From contig OZ336885.1 in the NCBI GenBank assembly GCA_965287045.1, positions 65,968,001 to 66,032,000 on the forward strand: DNA of 64,000 nt, read 5' to 3'. A model generated the notes under the pieces. That model was not told the DNA's origin. It did not search any database and saw only the letters and a program-made list of their open reading frames with translations. The position numbers and the translations under genes were made by a program. Shown here in pieces: positions 13,301-26,451 of this stretch. The first letter of the stretch is position 1. Every line of letters starts with the position of its first letter. Source of the DNA: Carcharhinus amblyrhynchos. Taxonomy: Eukaryota.

Positions 13301-13926
13301 TATGTTTCTCAGAACATTCCATGCCATTTTCATGCACCCCTTTAATAATTCAGAAGAGAGGTACGAATTTCAATCCTCATCCTTTTATTTGACTTTATCG
13401 TGAATTTATAGGTTTAAGAATTGAACAGGCAGATACACGTTGTTTTTTCCCAATCTAGTACCTCTTTACAAAGCTACATAGGCATTTTCAGTCAGTTTTT
13501 ATGTTCCCCGCCATGTTACATTTGTGCTCTATTTTGCGCCCCTGGAATCAATACAGTGTTTGACCTTTGCTGAACTGTAAGCTGCTCCGAAACACGTCGT
13601 CAATTGCTCTTATTCAGCTACTTTAATTGCTACTCACTTGAATGTAATACTCTCTTTAATTTCCTTCATACACCGTTTTGAGCTTTGAGACTTGCAAAAT
13701 GAAATAATTTCCAAATTGAAACATGACTGAAATAAGCAAAAGACGATACGTCATTCCCATAGCTTGGCCGCTCTCTCTCTCTCTCTACGCGCTTGCTTTC
13801 TACGATATGCTCACTATGCTGAATTTGTCGAAGCCTGTTCATCAAAGTTCTACCCAAAATCCTCGGCTTTCGCTTTTGGTTTTTTCATACATTACATAAA
13901 TCAAAATCAATCGTTTTGTTTTCTAG

Positions 13927-13962
13927 ATCTAGGCAAACGCAATGACGATCTGAAAAACCCAA
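13927..13962 (+). CDS. 36-nt phase-1 exon, xLGKRNDDLKNP (unit B)
   Basis: ttttgttttctag|...CCCAA|gtgaga; only phase-1 frame open. Confidence 0.7.
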
Positions 13963-16900
13963 GTGAGAGTTAGAACATTTCATCTGCCACAATGTAAACA
14001 TGCATCATGATACAGCGAAAATGCGATTTTCCCAGGATTTGCAGCAGCTTGGCAATATTTACTGTTGAAGTTGACAACTTTCATCAGAAAACTTGGAGTT
14101 GTTTCCAATGATTACGTGACCCTACCAAATAGACTTTGAATACATGTAATTTCCCTTAGAGACTCTTCAATGAGGCGCAAAGTTTTTTTTTAATATTTAT
14201 TACACAAAAAGTAATACACACTACCACTGAACACGTCATTCCAAAAAAAACATAATAACACAGAAATATGGAAACTATGTGCAGGAATCGGCCCTTCTAT
14301 CTTGTCATACCTCTCAACATGATCATGGCTGATCATGCACTTTCACTATTCCACTCCCCCTTTATGTTTATATCCCCTGATCTGTTTAGCCGCAAGGACC
14401 TCGTTCAGCTTCCTCTTGAACATATGGGACAAATTGGTACCAACAGCTTCCTGTGATCGAATACTCCGCAGCTTCATTACTCTGACAAGTTTTTCTTCCA
14501 AATTCTGAATGGATAAACCTCTATGTTTAGTCTGTGTCCGCTACATCCGCACTTCCCCCCAGAAAATAAGAGAGTATCATTCCCGCGTCAAGCTTGTTGA
14601 GTCCAATCAGGATTGTGTATATTTTTCTATCTTCCTGAGATTTCCACACATTCTTCTGAACTCTAGTGTATACAAACTTTGTCGATCCAGTTTCACCTCA
14701 GATTCCAGTCCTGCACTCCAGGAATCCGTGTGATGAACCTGGGGTGGAGTCCACCAGCCGCAGAAAATGTCCCTCCTCAAGCTAAGAACTCTGAGCTGCA
14801 CACAATAGTCATGATAATTCTTCAGGAAGGCCTCGAACCTGCAGCAAGAAATCATTGTCCCTCCACTTACATCATTTTCTGACGGATACCAGCATGCTAG
14901 TAGATTTTCTCAGTGACTGCAGTACCTGCAAAACAATCTTCGGTGAACGTTCCATCATGAATCCCAGGTCACATTGCACTGGCCATTGTCTTAAACTGCG
15001 GCAATTCAGATAAAAATCTTCCTTTTTGACACCAAACTGAATACCTTCACATTCAGCCACTATGTTGTCCATTATTGCTCCATTGCGTTGTATTTGCGAC
15101 TATGTATCCACTCAGGCAGTCTGTCCATGTCATCCATCAGCCAGTGGTCATCTTCTTCACAGCATACATTGTCATCAGCTTATTGACATCTGCAAGTTTG
15201 GAGAGATTGCATTTGTTTTCATTGTCCAAATCGTTAATGTGTACTGTGAATTGCTGGGATCCCGACACTGAATCTTTCGCATCCCTATTTCGCTGCTGCC
15301 ACTTGGAAAACAACCCATTTATTCCCAATTTCTGCGTACTCTTTGCCAACCAGTTCTCTATCCATAACACAGCATCCCCAATTTTGTGAGTTTTGGGTTT
15401 GGTTATTAATCTTGGGCTTGTCAAAAGAATTTTGAAAGTGCTGGCGCATAACGTCCACTGGTTACCCCTTTTTCTAACCTACTTCTCATATCCTCACGCA
15501 AATGTAGAAGGCTAGACAATCTTAATAGCCCATTAGCATGCCAATGGTGGTTCCAGCCAATCCTGCCACCACTTTCCAAATACTCATTTATTCCACCCTA
15601 AATAACTGACTTCTACATTTTTCCCCACAATTGATATTAGGCAAATCGGCCTATAACCGCCCCCCCACCCCCCCTCTTTATTTTTCTCTCTCCCTCGTTT
15701 TTTTTGTTTTAATTATGGATTTACATTAGCTATCTTCCAATCAACTGGAGTTTATCCAGAATTTATAGAATACTTTACGATTATTATCAATGCATTCAGT
15801 GTTTCTCGGGCCACTTCCTTTGAGTACCTTTTGTTGCCACACATAAGGCCCTGGTGAAGTGTTTGGTTTCAATCGCAGCAAGTTCCCCAAACTAGTATCC
15901 TGACGAATAAGGATTTCATTTGTTTTCAGTTGTCCATTAAAATTTCACCCGATTAAGATCTTATGATAAGTCCTCAAGTCTCTCCCGAATATTAACTGGG
16001 AATATACTTTGGAATTTTTTCTGATTGCGTTGAATGTAAAAATGCTCAACATTTTACTGAATAAATGGAAAAAATGAACGTCATATTGAGGGAAGCAAAT
16101 TAAACGTACCGCATCCATATTTGACAATCAATGCTCCAAGTGACTGCATTGCGAAATCACTGACCATGTTCCTTCGAGAGCATGGAAAGTGCGACACTTC
16201 TGCAACTTAACATTCATGAACACCATACAAGTATGTTTGCAAGTCAATTGCATGATTTTCTAAAGACGCTGAAATTAAAATAGATTGCTCCCTGACTGGA
16301 GGCTGCAATACATGTTGAAATGTATGATTAAATCTTGTTAAGCTCAACTAATGAAAGGCGACACTGAAATAGAGACATGAGAGTTTTCACCTTCTGATAC
16401 GTGAATTGCTTCGGAAATTGGATATCCAAGCAGGTCCGACGTTTGCGCTTGTGAGATTTGTCTGCAAAGAAGTAACTGTAGCGAAAAAGACGCTTGTCTT
16501 GGAACGAAGTTAAAAACAAATACATTAATCTATATGCCTCCCATTAATGGAATCTGCTGATATATCATTAAGCTGGTTTTCTTTGAACTAACTGTGGGCA
16601 TGTCGGACAAACGATGCCTGATGTGATATTGACACTTGCTATTGCTCTCCAGAATGACTTTCAAAGGCAACAATCCTGACTTTAACACGAACATCAATTA
16701 TTTCGACATTTTTAAAAGATCACTTTAAGAATACATTTCGTTGTCTCACTATTTCGCAATTTCAAGATATGATGTATTTTTAAACAGTTGATATCAAGAT
16801 AAAAAGTGACCGTGAGTAATACTAAGGGCGTGTTAGTGCTGCGCGCATGAAGTATTCAAACGCTCTCATCTAGGAAGACAATGGGCAGAATTATACGGGC

Positions 16901-17119
16901 ACGTCCGGCTGAGGTTAGTACGATCCAGCCCAAGACCAAAAGAGAATTCTGGAAAATTCGGGACAAATTGTCAAGTTATTCCAACGCGTGCATCGTGAGT
17001 TTTCAACAAAAAAAATAGATCTGTCGTTTTGCCTGCACGGATCTTATTTCGAGTATTGAGACACTACCTGTCCTTTCACGGACTATGTCTGAACAAAAGA
17101 TCGCTACTCATCACCCGAA

Positions 17120-17255
17120 NNNNNNNNNNNNNNNNNNNNNNNNNNNNNNNNNNNNNNNNNNNNNNNNNNNNNNNNNNNNNNNNNNNNNNNNNNNNNNNNN
17201 NNNNNNNNNNNNNNNNNNNNNNNNNNNNNNNNNNNNNNNNNNNNNNNNNNNNNNN
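17120..17255. other. Assembly gap (136 N) where unit A has the (GT)n microsatellite
   Basis: Run of N; flanks match ~6770 and ~6900 of unit A. Confidence 0.98.
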
Positions 17256-17992
17256 TAAAACTTACAATGAATTGGCGAGAATTAACTCGGAAGGTACAAC
17301 CACATAACTATTGAAAAACTTAATTAACCTTAGGTTTATTAACTTTCCGAGTAAAATCGAAGGGCAACAATGTCCATATAAGCATCTGTACATTTTTAAT
17401 GTCCAGAAGACATAAATTATTGTAAAAATCGTGATGAAAACATGTGCTTGCCACTGTTCATGTTGTCCTTTGGCTGAGGGAAGTGTCCGATCTCTTTCAT
17501 TTAAATATATCATGCAATTTCCTAACTACTGAAAAAAATAAACTGCTGATATTACTCTTCACAAGGTCCCATTCATCTACTTTCCCCCTTTTTTCAGGCC
17601 ATCTGCACTGGCTTAGTTTTTCCAAACTCAATCAATATTGAGTACCCGCCTCCTTAAACTGAAATGTTCGCATGAATTCTTATATGCCACATTTTTCAAA
17701 GCTAAGAAGAAACTCCAATTCTATACATAGGTCATTTGGATGAAGCTGACTCCTGATTGCAAAAATAAGTCCCTAAATCTCACTCTCTCAGTTCTGTTAT
17801 AAGAAATGCATCGCTTAATTAGTGGACATTGTTTTGTAGTTTTATTTGTTAATTGACATCTATATTGCACTTTGCCCAAGAGTAAAACTTTTTATGTCAT
17901 TTCAAAATTTCAGAAGATGCAATGTGCTATTGCAAATTGAAGTCTTAATTTGAATACGCCAGATTCGGCTTTAATGTTGTTTGTGTTTTTAG

Positions 17993-18028
17993 ATATGCAA
18001 GTATTGGACGACCTTGTCAGCAAATTCG
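17993..18028 (+). CDS. 36-nt phase-1 exon, (N/D)MQVLDDLVSKF (unit B)
   Basis: ttgtgtttttag|...TTCG|gtgagg. Confidence 0.72.
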
Positions 18029-19357
18029 GTGAGGCTAAACATTATTAGCGACAACCATGTCAACACTTGTTATCCGTTGATGTTTGATTAATAACAGTAC
18101 ACAAGAAACTGAAAATTTCTTACAAATATCTCAGTACTCAATTACATCAGTTTCAGATTCGTTCGACTGATCTTTTTTTTATTTCATTACTCCTACCTGA
18201 GGGATAAACTGTTCATTCTTGAAACAGCTCAGAAAAAAAAAGTGAATGCAATAGAAGCTACACGGCCAGCCAAGTATTCGTGATCGAAAGTCCTTTGTGA
18301 TCTGGGTACTGCCTTCAGTGGACAGACAGTCATATGTTGGGTGCCTCGGTAGAGGGGTATGCATATTCAAAATAGGTATTTAAGGGAAAAAATCGTAGCA
18401 TGACACGGGCAGCAAAATAATACGTTCATATTCTGTCCCAAACAATAATACAGTGATTTTTCACAACGATTGCCAAGGCATTGACAAGAGTCATGTGAAC
18501 ATTATCAACGTCGAAATTCAAGACACGTCATCATTATATACTTAGAAGAGTATCATAAGCAGTAAACTTATCCAAACCGAAGCTTAAGATTCAAGATGCC
18601 TGATAACCACTGAAGGCAGTGGTTTTATTTTTTGTTTGTGCAAAAGCAAAACTGCACAAACAAAATGCCGCATTTTATATGCTGAAGGGATTGGGGTGAC
18701 ACATGCCGTATCATATCTTCCAATAGGGGGGAGAAACAAAAAGAAAACTATATTTATTGGGCATAATATGGCTGTGCTACGTTTACTTCTGGGCAAGACC
18801 CATCGAATGTTTTTTTTAGCATGAGAGCATAGAGCGAAGTGACGCGAATGCACTCATATATCTACAGGAATTGTCAAGGAAGGGCATTTGCAACAAATCA
18901 GCGGGCAGCCGAGAAGGTGTGACGGGGATAGGGGGTGGGGGAGGGGGTGAAGGAGGCGGGGGGGGCGGTGGGAGCTTGGTGGAGATTGAAGGATCAGGCT
19001 ACAAATCTGAAACAGCTGAAGGATTAGAGGGCACGTTTTCAAGATGGAAATGATGAGATTGTCCTGCCTTTGCTCAGCCGTTCCTTCCACTCGAAATTTT
19101 AGGCCCAAAATTGGCGGAGGCAAGCGATACTGATTTCATTTGGGATTCAGAACAGTAGCATTTGATGCATTCACAGACGAAAGACGTATTAAAAACAAAC
19201 AACAATCGTAAAACAGGCCGAATTTTCTGCACGTGAAGCCACACCCAATGTTCGGAACGTCGTTTTTCTGTTGGAGCAGGGTTTCATACAAACGTTTATG
19301 GAATGTCTGCTGTTGCCGCGCATATAGATGTGATAATATATTATTTATCTCTTGCAG

Positions 19358-19393
19358 GAGAAACGATGCACCCATCAAGTAGAGGTACTTTCG
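19358..19393 (+). CDS. Unit B copy of 36-nt exon GETMHPSSRGTF; donor lost (GT to GA), in-frame cryptic GT at 19385
   Basis: ctcttgcag|...TTCG|gaaaaa; AGAG|gtactt would give a 27-nt exon. Confidence 0.5.
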
Positions 19394-19957
19394 GAAAAAT
19401 CATTACCTGAGAAAATTGGCACACAACAATATGTTTTTTTTTAGAATGCAATGAACAGAAACTTGATACCATGAAGAATGCATGGTACTCTCCTCCAAAA
19501 GGAAGAAGCATGTCAAGTTGAAAGATCAAAAGGAATTTGGAAAGAATCTGAGTTAGTACAAAGATCAATTAAGTATTGCTTTAGACATTGCGATGTGCAG
19601 CCAATATCAATTAGTAAAAGAAATCTGTATTTTATAAATGTTTCAACTCGTAGTTTCGATCATCGCTGAAATAAAATGTGTATCTAAAATTATTCATTGA
19701 GTAAAAATTAAAATACACTTTTAATTGTTACAAAACATTAACAAATGCTAAATATTGACTTGACTTCCTAAATATTACAAAACTCAAGATGGTTCAACTG
19801 AAAAAGTGTTTGCGTCACGACTGGATATGTTTGATCATGCGTAGTTCAGTTGGAACCTAACTAGTTCATATCACTTTATGAATACGAATTTCCTTCCGGC
19901 CATTAAATATTCATGGCTGTTTCAAAAAAGCTGCCTCATTCAATCATATGTATCTAG

Positions 19958-19997
19958 AACTAATAGGAGGACCGAAAGGGAAACGACATTTACAGAA
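19958..19997 (+). CDS. 40-nt exon (phase 1 to 2), ELIGGPKGKRHLQ
   Basis: tcatatgtatctag|...CAGAA|gtgagt. Confidence 0.55.
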
Positions 19998-20527
19998 GTG
20001 AGTTCAGTCAATGAAATTGTAAAGTTCACATAAGCCAGCAACATGCTTAATGGGTGGTGTTAAGTTTTTGTTTTATGGAGGGTGAAACCTGTGTCTGCAG
20101 CACAGGAGACAGTGCAGGACAATGCAAACATCAAACCCTTCTTTGTTTATTATGTATCAGACTTGTTTGTACTTGCGTTATTCGTTAATTGCAATGATAT
20201 ATTTTACGAACTGTTTATCAGATGGGAAGATTAATGTTTAACTTAACATTAACATAACGATTGACAGCACTTATTATAGAAACATTGAATCATTGTTTAA
20301 CCGAATGAGCGTAAATAGACTTTTTTTTTCAAAACGAACTGTTTTTGCTGAATTTAAAATGAGCTTTTCAAGCCATTCCACCTCCCATTTTTTTGTGCCA
20401 GATGTTCCCTATTCTTAAAATAAAAGGCTTTCAAGTTAATCAGTTTGGCTGTTTCAAAGTCTACAGACGGTTGTTTGTTCCATGCCTATCTTTCTCTCTT
20501 CCCTGATTTGGTCTTCGCCCTCTCTAG

Positions 20528-20559
20528 GTTTGTCGTGTCGCAAATCGTCTCAGACGATC
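20528..20559 (+). CDS. 32-nt exon (phase 2 to 1), KFVVSQIVSDD
   Basis: gtcttcgccctctctag|...GATC|gtaagc. Confidence 0.6.
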
Positions 20560-21503
20560 GTAAGCAAATAGAAATAATTTGCTCAATGAAATACAAGGTG
20601 GACAACCTTAGAAGTTCTATCGAAAGAACTACATATCAGAAGCTAGGAATATTACAACGACTGAGCCTACCTCTGATTCCCCGATGTTAACGAACATCGG
20701 CAAGTTTCAAGTCAATAGAGTGATGGAATAATCCGCAATGTTTAGATGAAGACACGTCTCACCACTCTTAACGAGATCGACACCAACCAAGGCAAATTAT
20801 CTCATATTATTGAAAGCCGGCCTTTTGTGATGAAGATTACCCCAGCCAATACCAACACAGTGGCCGTAGTTTGTATCATGTAATAGATACACGGCGGAAC
20901 TTTAACAATGTTCGTCGATGGCATCTTCCACCAACGTGCACTGAACTGCCAAGAAGACTAAAGCAAGAGATGTATGCAGATAACTTCATCTGCATTTTAT
21001 CCTCCACTATAGAAGCCACCCTGACTTTGAACAATATCAAACACAAATTGTCTGGCCTTCTTTGTAATTCTGGATGTCGCTTCATAACAACAATGGACGT
21101 GTAACGAATAACGAACAATGTGCGTTTGCACTGAAGCATTTCAAGAAGTCAGATCACTCACACCTGTTCAATGGAACTTAGGGGTGCCCAATGCATATTT
21201 GCAATTCATAGTTCATGAACACGTCAAAGAACTCATGTTCTTCCAGAAAATCCTGTACTTTTTTCAGCCATCATTTGAAATCGATAACGTCAGACTTTAA
21301 TTTGATAAGGACACATAACGTAACACAAATATGCTTGCAAGATCCCGCATACATATGAGCCACTCTATCAAGTGGTATTTTATCTCCAACTTCCATTAAA
21401 AAACACAATCCAGGCTCATCGGCGTGAAATTTCAGCAGATGTCCCTCAGTGTTGGCTTCTACTTTCGTATACGCAACTGCTCCTCTCCAATGCATTTTTT
21501 TTC
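20555..21503. repeat. Partial third unit C
   Basis: Matches unit A 1-~945, then similarity stops after ccaatgcattttttt. Confidence 0.93.
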
Positions 21504-21880
21504 GACTGCGTTCCAATCCTGCTTCGATGAAAAAAAACACTCGGGCAGGATTGGAATGCAGTCATCCTGTTGTCACAGAACCAGCCATCTCTTTATGAAC
21601 AATACATCTCTCCTTTTTTTGTTTCCAAATCTATGTTAATATTGTTTGTAACTGTGAAACTTCTGAACAGTGGCAATAAATGTCAGAGTGCAGCTGTGCG
21701 CATAAGCTGACCCTTCGGACGATGTTCAGCATATCATTTTCAAATCAGACGTGACAGGTTAGAGATCTCTGGTTGTTCCCGTTTAAAAAAACATCTTGGG
21801 CTCGCAGGAAACTGCCTTCCCTTGCTATAGTGTTTGAAGGCACTCTGCCCATGCCCAGTTTCTTTTTTTTTACTGTTCAG

Positions 21881-21916
21881 GTGCATATTTAGCGGATGGG
21901 CAATTCGTTTAGTTCG
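21881..21916 (+). other. 36-nt exon-like unit with in-frame stop (xAYLADGQFV*)
   Basis: tttctttttttttactgttcag|...TTCG|gtgagt; TAG in phase-1 frame. Confidence 0.45.
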
Positions 21917-24900
21917 GTGAGTTGGTTGGCACTTGGCTCAGTTGCTAACCAAGTAACTACGTAAGATAGATGTTTTTGACTTAATGGGCAAGTGTCTGGA
22001 AGGATTGACTAATTCTGCTGGGTTACTTGTGAATATATCAGTAGATCATATTTCTTTGAGATGGGTGCTGAGGTCGGGGCTTTGGAATGTGCATATGTCG
22101 TTTGGGTGTACGACGTTTGAAATTGTCGTTTTAATTGGACCGACGAGAACGGTGATAGCTGAAATGTCTGGTTGAATGACAGAGGTAAAATGATATATGG
22201 AAAATACAGTAGCGTATTTTGAAGGTGTTCAGTGGTGTGAATAAACTGATAGCGTTGTCAGGGTGACGTTTGTTCATATTTGAGGTAGCAAGGGTGACAG
22301 TTAGGTACTGGACCAAGTCTTTGTAGCAAAACTGTTCAGTTGGGTGAGAAGAATACGGTGCTCATTCTTGTTTTGTGAGCTGGAAGTGTTCTGAAGTGTC
22401 TAACTGGCTGTATGAGCACGGAGTAGGTGAACGCACTGTTTACATGTGTGGGCAAGTTATGTTCTTTTTAATACATTCGTACTCAGTTCAGGATAATATC
22501 CTTGTGCTTGGCTTTTGATCAGTTTTGTAGTCACGCAAATGCGTGTTTCCAGGCACCGTTCAATCTCAGGTCAGATTCCTCTGGCTGGCAGGATTTCCTC
22601 CCACGCCTCATAGTTACGATCAAATGAAGCGTCGATTGTCTCTCACTTTACACGTTGCAAGGCACGTTTTCCACGCAAACACAGGAATGTTCTGTCATTC
22701 CTTATATTTACTTTAATTATCGTACGTTTACTGCCATTTGGACAAGGTATACTGTTTTGTCACTGGGGACCTCACTTTCCCTCCTCGCTGCTGTTTCTCG
22801 CTTAAAAGCTATATCGTTTTTTTTTTAAGTAGACATTTTCCCCCAAAATACAGCATTTTTTTACAGCGCACAACAGCAGATTTATACCAGCAATTACATT
22901 AGAGTCTTCCCGTGATATCATTGTGCTGCCTATGAACTTCATCGCCCTCTGGTTTCTCGTAGCGGAGTGGCTCGAAGTCTTTGCAAAGTATTCATATTGC
23001 GGTACGGTAGTTTGGAGCCTGGGAGTGGACTAAATTGGATTCGTTCGCTCTTCCAGGTGGCGATCAGAAACTACGGATACTATTTGGTCTGCTCACTTTT
23101 AATGATGATGGGACGACCAACCAATGATTGTCACAGTATATTTTCTGGAAAATCACAGCCTGTTCATTTTCTGCATCGATAGCATGAAGCACGTACTGAT
23201 TCGAAAATCTGCGCCTGACGCACAAGATGATAGTCTATGTCATCCATGGATCAGTCTGCTGAACTTCTGACATTGCACTCGTCTTACTGTGTGTCTACCT
23301 TCATTGTCAATTGCAATTTCTGTATTAACATTATGCCTATCCTGTTCATATGCAGCACAATCGATAAAGGAATATTATATGCATTGCTTCACGTCCAAGG
23401 AATTTCGCGAAATTTGGTTAGCTTCCATTTGCTACACAGAAAATCAATAAATATCATCCCTGGCTTGGAAGGGAACCCTGTGTTTACAGAGCTATAGATA
23501 ATCTTCTGTACTTTTCTAAACTATTACATTGCGCATGGATTTGTTTAACTTTCCACAGTGTTCCCGTAAGCAATCAGTCGTCTGTCCCTCCATAGCCTCG
23601 TATTTCAACAAAATTGCTTAGCATTAGCGTGAACGACGGATCTCTCTGCTTTTCTGCCGATGACATAACGTTTACTTGCTCCTTGGATCATATGACTTTC
23701 CATAACTCTCAGACTCTGCGTGGAAATTGCAGGTTCGAGATTCAACGTACGTTTTTTTTATTCGTTCTGGGGGAATGCGTCTCTGTTGCTGCTACATTTT
23801 TCCATGCTCAATAAACCTTTGCAACTCCACTTTCTTCGAAGAAGAAGACTCTGTGATACAGAAGTATGAAAAATTATCTCTTTCAAATTGCACTGAATAT
23901 TGGAAATATCAAAGTGTATTGCATAAAAGTTTAAAAAAGAACTTTAATAAAAGTTGAAAAAAGGATGCTGCGGCCATCATGATTTTCGTTTCCACTATTG
24001 ATCAAAGGTACAGTGATGGATCAATGACTTCGTGCAAGTCAATTTAATCTCGTGATGTTTAAATTTGGTTGCAAGACAACATGTTTAACTCAGGGCTAGG
24101 CTTAATTACATTGTAGACTGCAACCTTGTCCATCGTAGCAATTATGCTACGTGGTGCATGTGCAATTATACACACATAGTAACGATTGTCCTTCTCACAT
24201 TTTGCAGAATTACAAACGTTGGCGCATTCCACCGGACTCCATCGATGTCTGCGTGGAAGCCCGGAAAATAAGTGACGGGGGCCTGGGCACATGTATTTCT
24301 GTGAAAGTCGCGCCTGAAGCCCATGTGGATATTTATCGCTGCTTCAACGTTTTTTTTGCGGTTGATTCGTAAACATCATTCCGAATCGCGTTATTAAATT
24401 ATGAGACCATTTTCAGTTGTAAAGTTATTAAAAGGAGTTCAGCAAGAAAGAAGAAAGCCTCAAATCGCATTTGTGAACATTCAATGTTTCCTGACTGGAT
24501 TATCTCAGCTGACGCCCCATAAATGTAGATTTGATAACCATATGGTATATGTGATTAAGTTGCCCTAACTGGGATGATTTCTTACGCCATTTTTTGAGTT
24601 TAAAACAGTTATTAATTAAATAGCAGGACACAATTTTTTGTAATTTGAAACAGGCTGCAACCTCAATCTGAAGAAAATGGCACATTGATCACACTGTCTC
24701 GGTGCCCTAAATAATGCATTACCGGTGTGATGAAACAATATATCACTGGTGGGTTCAATTCGGTTTCTGATACTGAAGAACAATGCAAACATAATCTGAG
24801 GAAAATGGCAAACAGATTACAAATGCACAATATCATAAATTTTGCAGTTTCGACGTCAAATAACGATAATACACGGACAGGTTCAATTAGAAATGCTTTG

Positions 24901-24934
24901 GTTGTTTTAGCTCGCGGAAGCCAAATGACATTTT

Positions 24935-25475
24935 TGGCCGCACTTGGAACATAGTGATCAATTTGTCACATCACTAGAAGGATATGAAGACTTTGGATAC
25001 GATCCAAAAAAAAAGTCAGGTTGTTTCCTGGTATGGAGGGCATTAGCTATGATGAGAGGTGGAGAAAGTCGACTTGTTCTCACTGAAATGTTGGAGGTTG
25101 AGGGGCGATTATGAGATTATGAGAGGCATGGACATAATAGATAGAAGCTTTTTCAAAGGGTGGAAGAATCAATTATCAGGGGGCACTGGTTTTACATGCG
25201 AGGGACAAGATTTAAAGGAGATGTACGAGGCAGATTTTTTTTTTAAACAGGGAGTACTGGGTGTCTGGGATTCATTGCCAGGAGAGATAGTGGAAGCGGA
25301 TAAGTTAGTGCAATTTAACGGGCATCTTAACAAATACATGAATAGGATGGAAATAGAGGTGTGTGGTCCCGGAAGGGTAGGGGGTTACATGCCAATCGGG
25401 CAGCTTAGTCAGCGCAGGCTTGAAGGACTGGAGGGCTTGTTCCATTGCCGTAATTTCCTTTGTTCTTTGTTCTTT
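24935..25475 (+). mobile_element. CR1 LINE 3' end
   Basis: ORF remnant LFSL..RLRGD.YEIMRGMD; FFKQGVLGVWDSLPGEIVEA; ends in ttctttgttctttg tail. Confidence 0.88.
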
Positions 25476-26424
25476 GACAATTGGCCTCAGTGCGTGTTCT
25501 CAATACCTCGTGTTGCATTAAGACAAACGTACAGAAGTTCACCGCTCCTTAAATCATTCCGCTCCGAAAAGTTCTGCTTCCGAGTCCAAAAGTATATGGT
25601 CTTGAAACCCTTGTCCTAGACCGGGGTAAGAATAGTAACGTCAGGCCAGATGAGCGTAAATAGCAGCGGAGAACTAAATATATATGGCTGTGTTAGAGCG
25701 AGTGGGCGAACACGACCACTACGGACTCAGACTCAGGTTCAACGGCGGTACAACTTTATTTTAACGTCGACGGAGATGCAATCAGGACATACAAACAGAA
25801 CTGACCCGAAAGCACTCTAAAGGCCCGCCGCAATGGGCTACAGTTACACTCGAACTTTGACACGTTGTATGATTCAAATGTTAATGTTTTGTTTACAGTG
25901 TCTGTCCATTCTGTTTCGATGTTTTCAAGTGTCGTATTGATGTTTTATGTATAGTAATCGTTTCTCTTTGATGGCTCTATCAATGGTCTAGAAATGGGGT
26001 TTCTTGAACAATGCGTATTTGGCTGATCTCAGGAAATCTTTTGAGGCCAAGAAGGCTTCCTTAGTTTTGTTAATCCTTAGGTGTCTCTGTAGAGGTTTTC
26101 TGATGTCACTTGATTAGGTCAGTGGTGCGGACGATTAGTTGAGGGTGTACTTTTAATTTAGTTTCTGTTGGTGCCATCCTATCCGATTCCCATTGTGTGT
26201 TAGCTCTTGTTTGCATTTTAAAAGCGTGCGTTTTGCCTGCTTCTCTGGATCTGTTTCTTTGCGGTCCTTAGTGGGGGGGGTTCCGAGTGCAGTTTTAGTC
26301 TGTTTCCATATTGTATACCTAATTTCAGAAAGTCTGTTGCCTGATAACAATTGCATTCGCCTTATATAGCAGAGATGCTGCTTTTCATCAATAAGTACAT
26401 TTGTATCTCGTCCTTTTCGAATAG

Positions 26425-26451
26425 GGGCCAAAGAAGCAATGGAGAAACTTT
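26425..26451 (+). CDS. 27-nt phase-1 exon, xAKEAMEKL
   Basis: tccttttcgaatag|...CTTT|gtaagt. Confidence 0.65.

Larger units (their letters stand above)
10312..20554. repeat. Tandem segmental duplication unit B
   Basis: Colinear with 1-10311, roughly 90% identity by eye, small indels. Confidence 0.97.
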
